DNA from: Raja brachyura
Lineage: Eukaryota
Assembly: GCA_963514005.1 (NCBI GenBank)
Contig: OY740781.1
Coordinates: forward strand, 177,692,001 to 177,756,000
Direction: 5' to 3'
Length of the DNA stretch: 64,000 bases
Shown: positions 37,203-49,120 of the stretch, one piece after another
Numbering within the stretch: position 1 is the stretch's first letter
Layout of the letters: every line of letters begins with the position of its first letter
The notes under the pieces: generated by a model
Told to the model about the DNA's origin: nothing
The model's input: the letters and a program-made list of their open reading frames with translations, nothing else
Databases searched by the model: none
Position numbers and translations under genes: made by a program

Positions 37203-37940
37203 TAGATGTAGATAGATGTTTTAAATTCAGGGAACTGGGTCTCTGCTTGTCTTAATGCAAATGGATACTGGACTTCCTCATCAGCAGATCTCAATCAATA
37301 CGAATTAGTAACATGTCCTTCTCAGTGACTATCGCCAAAAGGCTACCTCAAGGCTACATGCTCAGTGCCCTGCTTTACTTTCTCTATATCATGACAGTTC
37401 AATGAGACACAGCTCGAACACCATCTTTGAATTTACCGATGATGCCACTGATGTTGGACGAATGATGGGTAATGACTAGTCAGAGGCCAAGAAAGAGTTT
37501 GATAATCAGGTTGAGTGGGGACAGAACTACAATCTTGCTTTCAATATTAGCAGGACAAGGAGCTGATTATTTATTTCAGGATTGGAAAGCGAGAATCTTT
37601 GCACCTGCCTTCGGCAGCGAGATTGCAGTGGAGAGAATCAACAGTTTCAGGTTCCTGCGCATATGCATCTCTGATAATCTGTCCTAGGCCCATATCATTG
37701 ATGCAGTTACAAAGAAAGCTCACCAATGCCTCTACTTCCTTAGTAGTAAGAGGAGTTGTCATTGAATACACTTGCAAACTTCTGCAGGTATATGGTGTAG
37801 ACATATTGATTAATAGCATCATGGCTTGGTTCGGTAATCCAAATGCTAAAGAACACAGGAGGCGGCAATACGTGGTGGACATTATTTAACCATCACAGGT
37901 ATTGACCTCCTAACCAATAATAGGATTTGCAGGAAGCATT

Positions 37941-38530
37941 GTCGATAATTTTTACAATATACCACCGATCGGAACGGAACTTGTTGCACTCGCAGCACAG
38001 GTGAACGGCGAGTATCCTGGCGAAAAATCGTAGCGTACCGTTTTTGCGCAAATAGAAAAACCCCTCAAACCGGAAGAGCACAAGATCAGTGTTTTAGTTA
38101 TGTATACATCCATATCACAGCAGTTAGAAAAAATCAAGTAAACATAATTTTGTGAAAGGGAAATCATGTTTGAGTTATTTACTGGAGTTCCTTGAAAAAG
38201 TGACATGAGCTGTGGATAAAAGACAACAAGTAGCTGGAATAATATAAATGGGAAAATAATTGGTCGGCATGGACTGGAAGGGCCGAGAAGGCCTGTTTCC
38301 GTGCTGTAATTGTTATATGGTTAATAATCTTAGATATCCGGAAGGCATTTCACAGGGTGATGTGTCAGAAGTTATTTTTAAACATAACTACTCATGGTGT
38401 AGCAGGTAACACGCTGGCCAAGACAGAAGATTGGCTGACTAACAGAAAACAGAATGAGAATAAATGGATCTTTTTGGCAAGATGTAACAAGTGATGTGCC
38501 ATGACGATTGATGTTGGGACCTTGACATTT
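37941..38530. repeat. Local direct duplication of about 36090-36600 (Helitron 5' end plus flanking CR1 RT fragment)
   Basis: Near-identical sequence from gtcgataa.ttttacaatataccaccgatcgg to gatgttggg.ccttgacatt in both places. This copy has an extra insertion at 38244-38322. Confidence 0.92.
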
Positions 38531-39140
38531 ACTATTTATATAAATTACTTTGATGAAAGAACCAAAGGGATATGTGCAAAATTTGCTCAGGCTATGAAGC
38601 TAGGTAGAAAAGTATGTTTTGAAGGGGATGTAAACAGGCTATTAAGGAATGTAGATTGGGTAAGTGAACGGGTAAATATCTAGCCAATGGAGTGCAATGT
38701 GAAAATATGTGAAACTGTCCATTTTAGCAGTAAATTTTAAAATAGTATATCGTAATATTTAAAATATGTTTAAACCAGAGATGAGGCAAACATTTCTCTC
38801 TCAGCAGGCCATGGGTCTTTGGAACTCTCTTCCTCAAAAGGCTGTGGCTTTGAATATTTTTAAGCCAGAGGTGGATACATTTTTGAAAAGAACAGGGTCA
38901 AATATTATCGCAGAATTAAGGTTATATTCGGATCAGCTTTGACTGGAGGTGACTCTATGGATTAAATGGCCTGGGAGTGTTTGAAATTGTATGGCCATTT
39001 GTAAATATTTGAAGAAAATAATCATTATGTTTTTGCATTCATAGAATCTTTAATTATACATAAATGATAAAATAAAGATCTTAATGTGTTGGTATGAAAT
39101 ATGTGAGTCCATGGGAAAGATGGATTTTTACTATTATGCA

Positions 39141-39389
39141 GACCCACACCAACCACCAATCACCCGTACCCTATCCTACACACTAGGGGGTAAGTTACAG
39201 AAGCTAATTTAACCTACAAGCCTGCACTTCTTTGGAATGTGGGAGAAAACCGGAGAATACAGAGAAAACCCATGTGGTCACAGGGAGAATGTACAAACTT
39301 CATACAGTTAGCACCCGTAGTCAGGATCAAACCCATGGTCTCTGGCACTGTAAGGCAGTTGCTCTACCGCTGCACCACTGTGCCGCCCC
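39141..39389 (-). mobile_element. HE1 (V-SINE)
   Basis: Reverse complement begins gggcggcacagtggtgcagcggtagagcaactgccttacag; V-domain present. Confidence 0.88.
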
Positions 39390-39669
39390 AATAGATATGA
39401 TTATAGAATTATAGTATTTTAAATGCATAGGATTAGGCCTTTCCCACGACTTTGTTCCTGCTGACCATGATGCATATGCAACCATCTGATGCATTAGGTA
39501 CCCATAACACTAAATGCCATTTCTTTCTAGTTACCTGTTCAAATACAATTGTGGACTGAAGGCAGATGCTTTGCAAATTGATCAGCCAATCTGCAACTGG
39601 TTTATTCATTGCGGAGAAAGCCTCAATGTGGACATCGAAAGCAGTACTACGGATTCATACTCAAAATAA

Positions 39670-40080
39670 TGGGGAGAGATTGGACAGGCTGGACTTAATT
39701 TCCCTGGAGTGAAGAGGGCTGATGGAAGTATGCAACGTTATGAGAGGCAGAGATAAGTCAGTCAAGTCTATTTCCCATGGTAGGGCATATCAAAACAAAG
39801 AGAGCATAGTTCTTAAGGTGAAAGATAGCAGTTTCAAAGGTGATCTGCGAGGCAATTTTGCATTTACACGGAAAATAATTGATATCTGGAATGTACCAAC
39901 AAAAGAGGTGGCAGAATCAGATATCATGACTATGGATATTTTGACAGATAATTAAACAGACAATGCATAGGAGGATACAATTCTAATAGTGGCAAATGGG
40001 ATTGGTGTAGATGGGCAAAAAGATTGTCATGGAGTTGGTGGGCCAAAAGGCCTGTTTCTGTGCTGTATGATTTGATTCTA
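39670..40080 (+). mobile_element. Older CR1 3' fragment
   Basis: MEVCNVMRGRD..LKVKDSSFKGDLRGNF..IWN and 3' UTR gggccaaaaggcctgtttctgtgctgtatga. Confidence 0.75.
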
Positions 40081-43000
40081 AGTGTAACTAACCTGGAAAG
40101 TTTGTTTAAGTCATGGATGGTGAGACGGAAAGAAGTGAAAGGGTAGGTGTTGCTTCAGCTGAGGTTGCATAGGTAAATGCCGTTGCTGAGTTCTGAGTTA
40201 CTGGCTCAGCTTTTAGCTTTAGCAACCCCCAACCTGCTATTTGCAAACCTCTTTGTCATCCACTAACTGCACACATTAACAACTAATCCCCATAGCATCC
40301 TTGGCCATAAACTGTCCTAAATATTCCCTTTGATTAACCCATAAAATTATAAAATTGACTTTTTTTCCTCTTTCCCACTTCTGACAAAGGGTTTTTGACC
40401 TGAAACATTAACTTGTTTTTCTTTCCACAAACTGCTCAGTATTTCCAGAATCTTTTGTGAAAGTTGTCACCATTTGAAAATATTGTACACATTTCAAGTT
40501 TAGGGGGGAATAAAATGATATTAATTAATCAGCTTTCTGAAAAAGTGTCCAGAAGTACCAGTATTATACCTTTCAGTTAACATTTTAGGCAAATGTGCTT
40601 TAATCAGAATCAGTTGAAAGGTCATAGACCTGAAACGTTACCTCTTTTTCTGCACAAATGTTGACTAAACTGCTCTGAATTCCCAGGACTTTTTGTTTTT
40701 ATTTTCTAATAAAATTTGTCACTGACAGATTCAAAAGATATATCCTGATAATACTATATATATTATTCAACAAGCATTGTTGATAAAACATTAAGATCGT
40801 TGAAGAGTCAAGAGTGTTTAGTAGAAATAATAATCTGTTTAATATTTGATTTTTTAAATGCACTAATCAAATGGATTTGTAGTAAACAACGCACAATCTG
40901 AGTTTCAGTGCTAAGGTCACAAGCCTTTTCGATAGTCAAGCAACTTATGTATCCCAAGATCACGACAACAGGCTTGCATTTTTGAATTTGTCCTTGGAAT
41001 GTGATTATTATTAGCATGCCCATCATTTATTGTTCATCTCTCATTCTTTTAAACCAATGGCGAAGTCCTGCCAATTTGAACTGCTGCAGTCCCAGTTGTG
41101 AAAGTACTTCTGTGATGTTAGGTACTGAGATCCAGGATTTTAAATCAATTGCAAGAAGGAACAGCAATATATTTATATTCTAATGGGTTGCATCTATCTA
41201 TCGATGTACCTGCTATCTTTAACCTTCTAGTTGTTAATTGGTTTGGGAGTTGCTGTCATATAAGCTTGGCTGAGTTAGTGCAGTGCATCTTTTAGACTAT
41301 TCGCATGGTAGTTATATTAGCCAATTGTGAAGGAAGTGAATACTTAATGAGATGGATAGACTGCCAATCATGCTGCTTTGTCCTAGATGGTTGAGCTGCA
41401 CGTATCCTGACAAGTGGAAAATATTCCATTACAGTGCTGATGAAAGAAAGGATTTAAAGCAGAGGTCCACAACATCTGGCCTGAAGGGTAGTTTGATCTA
41501 GCTCACCTAGGTGAGTGACATATTGACCACTGCCTGCAATTCTCACATCAGTAATTTTCTGTGGTGGAAATTTGGTTCTTAATGCTAGCTCCTAATCAGT
41601 GGGGCTTTGTGGAGTACAAGGCCTTCCTCTCAGAAATGCAAGACCCAATCTCAATAATGCATTGACTGCTATTTGATGTCGGGTATATTGGCTGTCCAAA
41701 ATGTTAAATGCTAAACATCTACAAATGGTTTTTAGGCATTGAATCATACTCAAAACCTTGTACGAAATTAAGATTAAGCTAAACAAAATCTAAAAGAAAT
41801 AATGGGTTTCTAATGCGTTCTGTTTGAGACACTCTAAAAGAGTAAACAATTCTTAATTAAATGTTTAATGTTCATTCAATTAAAAAACTGTATATTACTA
41901 TAAACTTGTCAATCTTCTCAGAGGTTGTGTCTCTCTGTGAAACAAATTGACTTGCTGTACATGTGCTCAGTTCAATTAGGCATAGGTTTAATGCCTTGAT
42001 TCCCTACCATATCTGTTGGAAAATGCAGGGAGCTGCCTCTTTGGCACAGGACTACTCAAGAAAGTTCAAGATTTTTGTGTGTGCAAGTGCGGCTCACAAA
42101 AATGATTTTAATTTTCAGTCCGGATATTTAATCTGCTAGTCTTAGCTCGTTAGGCCTGCATGCAACTCCAGATCCAAGGCATTGAGACAGTTGAGCATGC
42201 CGTTTGATTATATCAAATCTGCTATGTTAAGAATGAGCCGACCTGCTGGCATTCAGTTAGTCACTGAATGTTGACAGGGCAATGCCACTTGCATCCCAAT
42301 TAAACTAGCAATGTCTTCCTTGTGAACCTTTGTGGAGCAGTTTCTAAGATTGAAGAGGTTTTGGAACAGTCTGACGTGGTTGTGTACATAGAATATCTAA
42401 CAGCAAACATCTAACTTCATCCAGCATAATACCTAGGTATGTTTCATCAAACAGGTAGGATCGATTCACCAGAGATTGCAGTGCAGTGGTAGGTCGGCAC
42501 AGGGTAATGTCCCTGGGGAGTTTCATGGAATTAGGAAAACAAAGGGAACCTAACTCCTGTTAATTACTGACCTGCCCTCAGGTGATGAATCAATACTCCT
42601 CTATGTTTAACAACACTTGGAAGAAGCAGTGGTGGCAAAGATGTAAGATATTATCCGGAGGAAAGTGGTAGCTTTGTACCAGCACCATTGATTCCAGATC
42701 ATCAAGAAAATAACTGACAGACTGGATCTATAGCAGATAGTGAAAGAATCAACATAAGCGATAAACGTACTTGGCCCTGTCCTTACCAATCTATTTATTG
42801 CGATCTGAGTCAGTGGTTGGAGTGATCATCATATAGCTCTTGTAGGGTCACAGTACCACCTTTACAACAATGCTATTTTGTGCTCTCCTATTACCTAGAT
42901 AAATTCAGATCATATCTGGTGGCTCAAAACTACTAATCCAAAATGTGCTTCAGGCTATCAGCGGAAGTAATGTATTCCCCAACCATCCGTAAACTCCTGA

Positions 43001-43139
43001 CCCAGCATATCTTCTGCTTCACCATGCAAATGAGGCCAAGGAACTAGTATTAGTTCATGGAGGAATGAAGAATGACACATTCCAGGCAGCATTTGTCTGA
43101 ATGTAGCATTCAGGAGCAAAACTGGCTAAAATTGGTCAT

Positions 43140-43490
43140 TCCTTCATCTTCCTCTTTTCGTTGGGCAAAAGATGCAGGTTGAAAATGTGCACCACCAAAC
43201 TCAGGAATAGCTTATTCCACTCTGTTATCAGGCTCTTGAATGGTCGTTCCATAAGCTAGGGTACTGTTCGATTCATCACTACTCCATTACGGTCATTGGA
43301 ACTGTTGCGCTACAATGATGAGAACTATATTCTGCACTCTGTATCTTTCGCTTTGTTCTACATATTGTACTTGAGTTTGACTTGATTGTATTTATGTATC
43401 GAATTATCTTATCTGACTGGATAGCATGCAAAACAAAGCTTTTCACTGTACCTCGGTGCACATGACAATAATAAACCTAAACCAAGGTCA
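43140..43490 (+). mobile_element. Rex1-type LINE 3' end
   Basis: TTKLRNSLFHSVIRLLN remnant; 3' UTR aaagcttttcactgtacctcggtgcacatgacaataataaac, which also recurs in reverse at about 50095-50150 and 63415-63600. Confidence 0.75.
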
Positions 43491-45397
43491 ACTAGAAAAC
43501 ACTCCAATGTTTAGTGTGATAACTCACACAAAGGAAGAAAGCTATAATTTTGTAGGTCATTTAGCTCAATCCTTGGACATCATCTCAACATTTTCTTGGG
43601 ACAGCATTATGTGCGCAATCATTTTCTGCCGTGTCTTCAGTAGTTACTTTCCACCTCTAGCTTAGAAATTTGGATGATGGTATCATGTTCAATTTTATTC
43701 TTAATTCCTCAGGATATGAAATGTATTGCCTGGATGCAGTGAGACTTGGACAATATTCTGAATATATAGTTTGAAGAAGTGTCCCAACTCGATATGTCAA
43801 CTATCCATGTTCTCCAGAGATGCTGCCCGATTTGCAGAGTTTTTCCAGCATTTGTATTTTTTTTTGTAAACCAGCTTCTGCAATTCCTTGTTTGTCCAAT
43901 ATTCTGACAAGTGAATAGTGACAAGTGACATTTATGGCATAAAAGTGCCAGACCAAGACTATTTCCAACATGAGAGAATTAATAATCATCATCACTGATT
44001 CTTCTGTCTTCAATATACTGGGTTTCCCCAATGATCAGAAGCTCAGCTCGACCAGCAACATACATATTTCAACTGGAAGAGCAATTTAGAAGCTGTGTAG
44101 TCTGTGGCAAGTGACTTCTTCCCCTAATACCAAAAATACCCATTATCTTCAAGGCCAAAATTAGGCTTGTGATTAAGTCTGAAGAAGGGTCCTGACCCAA
44201 CACGTTGTCTGTCCATTTTTTCCACAAATGCTGCCAGAGGCAGAGTTCCCTCAGCACTTTGTATTTTGCTTGTGATTTAATATTCTGCACGGTGCACATG
44301 TATATTCTCCACCAGGTCACGCATGATCTTAGCATAAAAATACATTCTTCTTTCTTCATCAGTGCCGTGCCTAAATCCTGGAACTCCCTACTCAGCAGTT
44401 TGTGGGACCACCATCAGCATTAGCACTGCAGTTGTTAACGGTAATGCTCATTGAAACTCACTCAGTTTTGAAATATCCCCAGGCCTAGTGACTATGGCAG
44501 GGGTGTTTCAGGGAGATGGAAGCGGGCAAGATTAGTAGAAGAAGCAAGATTTGGGACGTGACAAGTGTGTGGATGAAGTGAACCAGGTTTGTAGAAGGAA
44601 CACGGCTGGGAATAGGGGTAGATGAGATATTACAATATGTTGTAGTGATTGGTAGAGGTTTTTAATTTCCATATTTAGATGTTGGATTGAAGATTCATGT
44701 TTAATTTTGGTGTTTCCAACAATTTCCCTCACAGAAGGTTAGTGCGGGTTAAGGTGGTTGGATCATTTCTTCCCGGTTTTCATAAGTTGGAGCCTGGCAT
44801 TAAAAAAATAACTAACCTATCTCTGCACAGTCCTTGTTGAACAAATCTCTTAAAATTACCTTAAAATCGCACCTGAAAAGACATGAGTTGATGTTTTGTT
44901 GATTTGAATTGTAACGAGTGTGTAGGATAGAACTAGTGTACGGGTGCTTGCTGGTCGGTGTGGACTCGATGAGCCTAAGGGCCCATTTCCACACTGTATC
45001 TCTAAAATTAAAAACTAAAACATAAATGGTCTCTAATTTAAATATAATTCATCTGTACATCTATAATAAAATAGAATGTCTGTGTGTTCTACACATTGCT
45101 CTGTAATGAAACAACCTATAAATGTTACATGTAGGTTTGATTCAGCATAACCTTTAGTTTTTCCAAAACCTCAATAACAAGCCCCTCATAGAGCAAAAAA
45201 TTATATAATTTTAATCTTTCCCATAAAAAAAAAGTTGACATTTTTCATACTTAGTTTTGAGGTATTAAATATATGGAGAGACATGACCTAAGTACATTTG
45301 ATCTCTCTGAACCAAAGATACAAACTAGAAATTTGTGCACTGTGGCAGATGAGCTATGATTTAAGTCAGGTGGTTAACATATCCAAAAGAACCATGT

Positions 45398-45641
45398 GTT
45401 AAAGAAGGAACTGCAGATGCTGGAGAATCGAGGGTTACACAAAAAGCTGGAGAAACTCAGCGGGTGCAGCAGCATCTAAGGGGCGAAGGAGATGGGCGAC
45501 GTTTCGGGTCGAGACCCTTCTTCAGACGGGTCTCTTTCAGACCCGTCTGAAGAAGGGTCTCGACCCGAAACGTCACCTATCTCCTTCGCCCCTTAGATGC
45601 TGCTGCACCCGCTGAGTTTCTCCAGCTTTTTGTGTAACCCT
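45398..45641. mobile_element. Palindromic Penelope pLTR insertion with 15-16-bp TSD
   Basis: 103-bp arms at 45431-45533 and 45539-45641 (2 mismatches, 5-nt loop), with a 33-nt extra tail on the left only. TSD (t)ccaaaagaaccatgt at 45382-45397 and 45641-45656. Confidence 0.92.
45547..45574 (+). ncRNA. Minimal hammerhead-ribozyme-like core (mirror copy on the minus strand at 45498-45525)
   Basis: CTGAAGA-A-GGGTC tc GACCC-GAAA-CGTC: CUGANGA box, stem II, GAAA box, palindromic ACGT stem III and a GUC triplet. Minimal hammerheads are an established feature of Penelope-like pLTRs. Stem I is only about 2 bp here, so activity is uncertain. Confidence 0.6.
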
Positions 45642-46111
45642 CCAAAAGAACCATGTTTTGTGAGATAACAGAGAAATGTCTTGGATACCATTACAGAGTC
45701 TGTTCAGGATGTTCACAATGATCATGGATTTTTTTTATAACACTTCTGGTGAAACATAAGAAACCTTCCTTATAAATCCACTTCTGCTTAAAATTCAAAG
45801 ACAAATCTTGATTGCCCTGGCCATGGCATCATTTGTCATTGCTTTGATGCTTTTGAGGGGAAGACAAATGCATATTTGTTTTTTAAACTTTTTAAATTTG
45901 ACAAATGTGGACTCTCCAACATGTAACATTGATTGGGAAACTGCAAAGGCACAACTTCTGCGGGTAGAATTTTGAGGCTACAATATATAATGACTCACAA
46001 ATTAGCTGTTGAAGCACTAGAATGAACATTGTATGATGTGAGACACACTAATCCATTAATGTATTATTATAATGTATTATTATAAGTCGGTGATTTTCAT
46101 CAGTAAATTTC

Positions 46112-46465
46112 ATGATATTGGGGATATTGCGACCAAACGCTGCGTGTCTAAGGCCAGCAGTATTATAAAAGACCCCACACATCTCCATCACGGACTGTTC
46201 ACTCTGCTGCCCTCGGGAAAAAGATATCGCAGCATAAGGAGCAGAACATCAAGGTTCTGCAACAGCTTCTTCCCACGAGCCATCAGACTCCTGAATGCCA
46301 TGTAATGAGCTGCCACCATTGTCTATTTATCCTTTTCACCCATGCCTATCCTTCGGTTAATTTATTGCGTTGCACAGGGAGCCAAATGCAACGTAATTTC
46401 GTTTGGAACTGCATATATCAATGTATTTCTAAATGACAATAAAGTTTATTTGACTTTTGACTTTG
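46112..46465 (+). mobile_element. Rex1-type LINE 3' end inserted into the Helitron fossil
   Basis: SIIKDPTHLHHGLFTLLPSGKRYRSIRSRTSRFCNSFFPRAIRLLN*, then AATAAA and tttgac tail repeats. Confidence 0.88.
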
Positions 46466-46555
46466 ATACCGAACAGACAAATTGAAAGCCTACATTAAAA
46501 TTATTGTATTTTGGGGAAAATGTGAAATGATTACACTTGAAAACCAATATGTAAG

Positions 46556-46678
46556 TAGGTCTCGACCCGAAACGTCACCCATTTCTTCTCTCCAGAGATG
46601 CTGCCTGTCCCGCTGAGTTACTCCAGCTTTTTGTGTCTATCTTTGGTTCAAACCAGCATCTGCAGTTCCTTCTTACAC
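46556..46678 (+). mobile_element. Penelope pLTR fragment with 7-bp TSD
   Basis: ggtctcgacccgaaacgtcacc...cagttccttcttacac flanked by atgtaag (46549-46555 and 46679-46685). Confidence 0.85.
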
Positions 46679-48102
46679 ATGTAAGAACATTTGACTGGTG
46701 ATCCATCTGAGAGAGTTTACCTCAAGTTTACTCAAATTAGGAGATGTGAAACTGTACACGAAGGCTCAACAGATTTTGATGAAAAACTTGGGTCAAACTG
46801 TTACATCACTTCATGATCTAATGCAAGTTGTTTTGTCAAGTCACTCAACATTATTTGAATTAACAATGGTTGTGTAAAAGAGCTATTTTAGCACTTAGCC
46901 AACTGCAGACCATGAATAAAGACCTTTCAAACAACCAATGCAATATAATTCTATTGACAACGTGACTTTGATGATGCCATTATATACTTTTGAACAAAAT
47001 ATAACTCCAATCATACTATTCAGGAGTTAGGGTCCACCAATCCCGTGCAATACCATATGGTTATCATTACTATCGCATGATATTGAGGGTACAATAATGA
47101 TTGGCAATGTTGTGGAAAAATTGTCCCTTTTGATCTTTTTCAATTCAAGAAATTTCAGTTCCATGTTCAACTTAGTTTTGCAATAGGCATTAACAAGTTG
47201 CAAGGAAATCACTAAAAAATGTTGGCATTTATCCCAAAATTCCATGCTTTTCCCATGGTCAGCTACATTGGTTGCTCCAGAGTGAGAGATAAAAATAATA
47301 AGATATATTTTTATATCAGATTCAAAATATCTTCTTAAGTGCCACAAGATTGAAATCAAATAAATTTGCACATTGTGCATAGGTATGTACCTACTTAAGA
47401 ATTATATTAAAGGTAATTTTTATGCACATATTTTCAACGTGTATTTTTTGATTGGCAACTTAAGTTAAATTATATAATTCTTATTCCCCAATTATATTAG
47501 TCATGGATTAATTATATTTTAGTGCTGGAAGGATAGTTTGGCACTAATTATGACATTATATCGATAAGAAATCACTTATACTTGAATAAGATGTCCCAAC
47601 TTTTTTAGCATATTTATTGATGGATGTGCATTAAATAAATTCTGCAAGGTCATGGTGTCCGTGTAAATAAATGTGTAGTCTCTACTCAAGATAGCAACGT
47701 TTGTAGGGAAGACGAGCACAGCAATTTATTTTAATATCTGTTTTTAATTTCATATACATAAACCTAGAATTTGTTGTTCTATTTACATCTTAATACAAGC
47801 GAGTATTGATAGACTCAGTTATTTTCATCTCAAAATCTGGGCCATAATGTTTTAAGTACTTCAGGTGCCACAAAACGATTCACATGCAATTATTTACATT
47901 GAATTATAGTTACTGCTGTTTTCCCAATAAATCTGCCTTTCAATTTGCATACATAGAAACATAGAAAATAGGTGCAGGAGTAGGCCATTCGGCCCTTCGA
48001 GCCTGCACCGCCATTCAATGTGATCATGGCAGATACACAAAAAGCAAATGGAATAGTGACCTGGAAATCTATTTTAGCATTATTAACTATGGAATTAAGC
48101 AA

Positions 48103-49120
48103 AACATAAAGTGCTGGAAAAAATCAGTTGCTCAGGCAGCATCTGTGGGCGGAGCTGACAGGCAATGTTTTGGCACAGGACCCTTCTTCAGACTGATTGT
48201 AGTAGAGGGGAGAAAGCTGGAAAAGAGAGGCGGGGGGAACATTGTGGTTAGCGATGGGTGGATGAGGGGGTTTCATTGGCAGATGGGTGGAGTAAGTAAC
48301 ATGTTAAAGGTGAAAATAAATCCAATAATCAGACAGATAGAGATAAAAGGAGTGAAAAGTAAAGCCAGGGGAAGGGATATAGATGGAAGGAAAGGGGGAG
48401 GGAAAAGAGAGGGAATGAAAGGGAAATGAAGGACTCGGGGTGGGAAATGAATGTACGATAGAGGGGAAAGGAGCATGGTGGCTCAGTGGGAGGGGGCGGA
48501 AGATTGTGGGAGAAAAGCACAGGAAAGAAAGAAGAGGTACGGGTATCATTTGAAATTGGAGAATGTTCATACACTTGGGTTGCAGCTACTCAAGCTAACT
48601 AAGAGGTGCTGTTCCTGCACTTTATGTGTGGCCTCACTCTGGCCATGGAGGAGGCCAAGGACAGAAAGGTCGGTATGGGAATGGGAAGGGGAGTTAAAAT
48701 AGCAACTGGGAGACCTAGCAGGCGTTGGTGGACAGTACAAGGGTTTGCATTATCTATGTTTGGTCTCGGTGATATAAATGAGGACACATCGAGAGCACTG
48801 AATGCAGTAAACAACGTTTGACGAGATGCATCTCTCCTATTGTCTAAACTGGAAGGGCGGTTGGGGTCCCAGGGTGGAGTCAGGGGAGGAGGTGTAAGGA
48901 CAGGTGTTACATCTCCTGAGGTTGCTGGGGAGTGAGTGGACTGAGTGAACCAAGGAGTTGCCGAGGGAGTGCTCTCTGCAGAATGTGAAAAGGATTGGGG
49001 TTGGGAAGATGTGACTAGTGGTGGGATCATGTTGAACTTGGAGCAAAACGTCAGAGAATGATGTGTTGGAATGTGGAGCCTAGTGGGATAAAAGGTGAAG
49101 ACCAGGGGAACTCTATCATT
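48103..49120 (-). mobile_element. Penelope-like element 3' part (GIY-YIG endonuclease remnant plus pLTR)
   Basis: QHDPTTSHIFPTPILFTFCREHSLGNSLVHS..RRCNTCPYTSS..FQ, followed by the 3' UTR that ends in the short hammerhead-bearing repeat. Confidence 0.85.

Larger units (their letters stand above)
34690..37940 (+). mobile_element. Rex1/Babar-type LINE remnant split by CR1 (35198-35495) and Helitron (35510-37217) insertions
   Basis: 5' part: PTWFQTSSIILVPKNSKVTC..YQPTTLMSVVVKCFE. 3' part from about 37220: WILDFL, PQGYMLS, FTDD, VERINSFRFL..ISDNLS. Confidence 0.75.
45160..47330 (+). pseudogene. Fossil Helitron RepHel PIF1-type helicase domain, interrupted by three younger insertions
   Basis: Colinear degenerate motifs: QRNVLDTITESV..GFFF/NTSGET*ETFLINPLL (Walker A, cf. 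DAPGGTGKTFLI), IALAMASFVIALMLL, DSPTCNI, MTHKLAVEALE*TLYDVR, VGDFHQ, LHLKTNM*EHLTGD, WLCKRAILA, YNSIDNV, PIILFRS*GPPIPCN, FQFKKFQFHVQLSFAIGINKLQG, PCFSHGQL/CSRV. Confidence 0.85.

Noticed and set aside
42344-43100. TYLGIMLD motif suggesting another LINE RT remnant
   Set aside because: Only one short motif is recognisable, so I could not assign a family or boundaries.
47027-47380. 117-aa minus-strand ORF
   Set aside because: It is the antisense shadow of the plus-strand Helitron helicase fossil.
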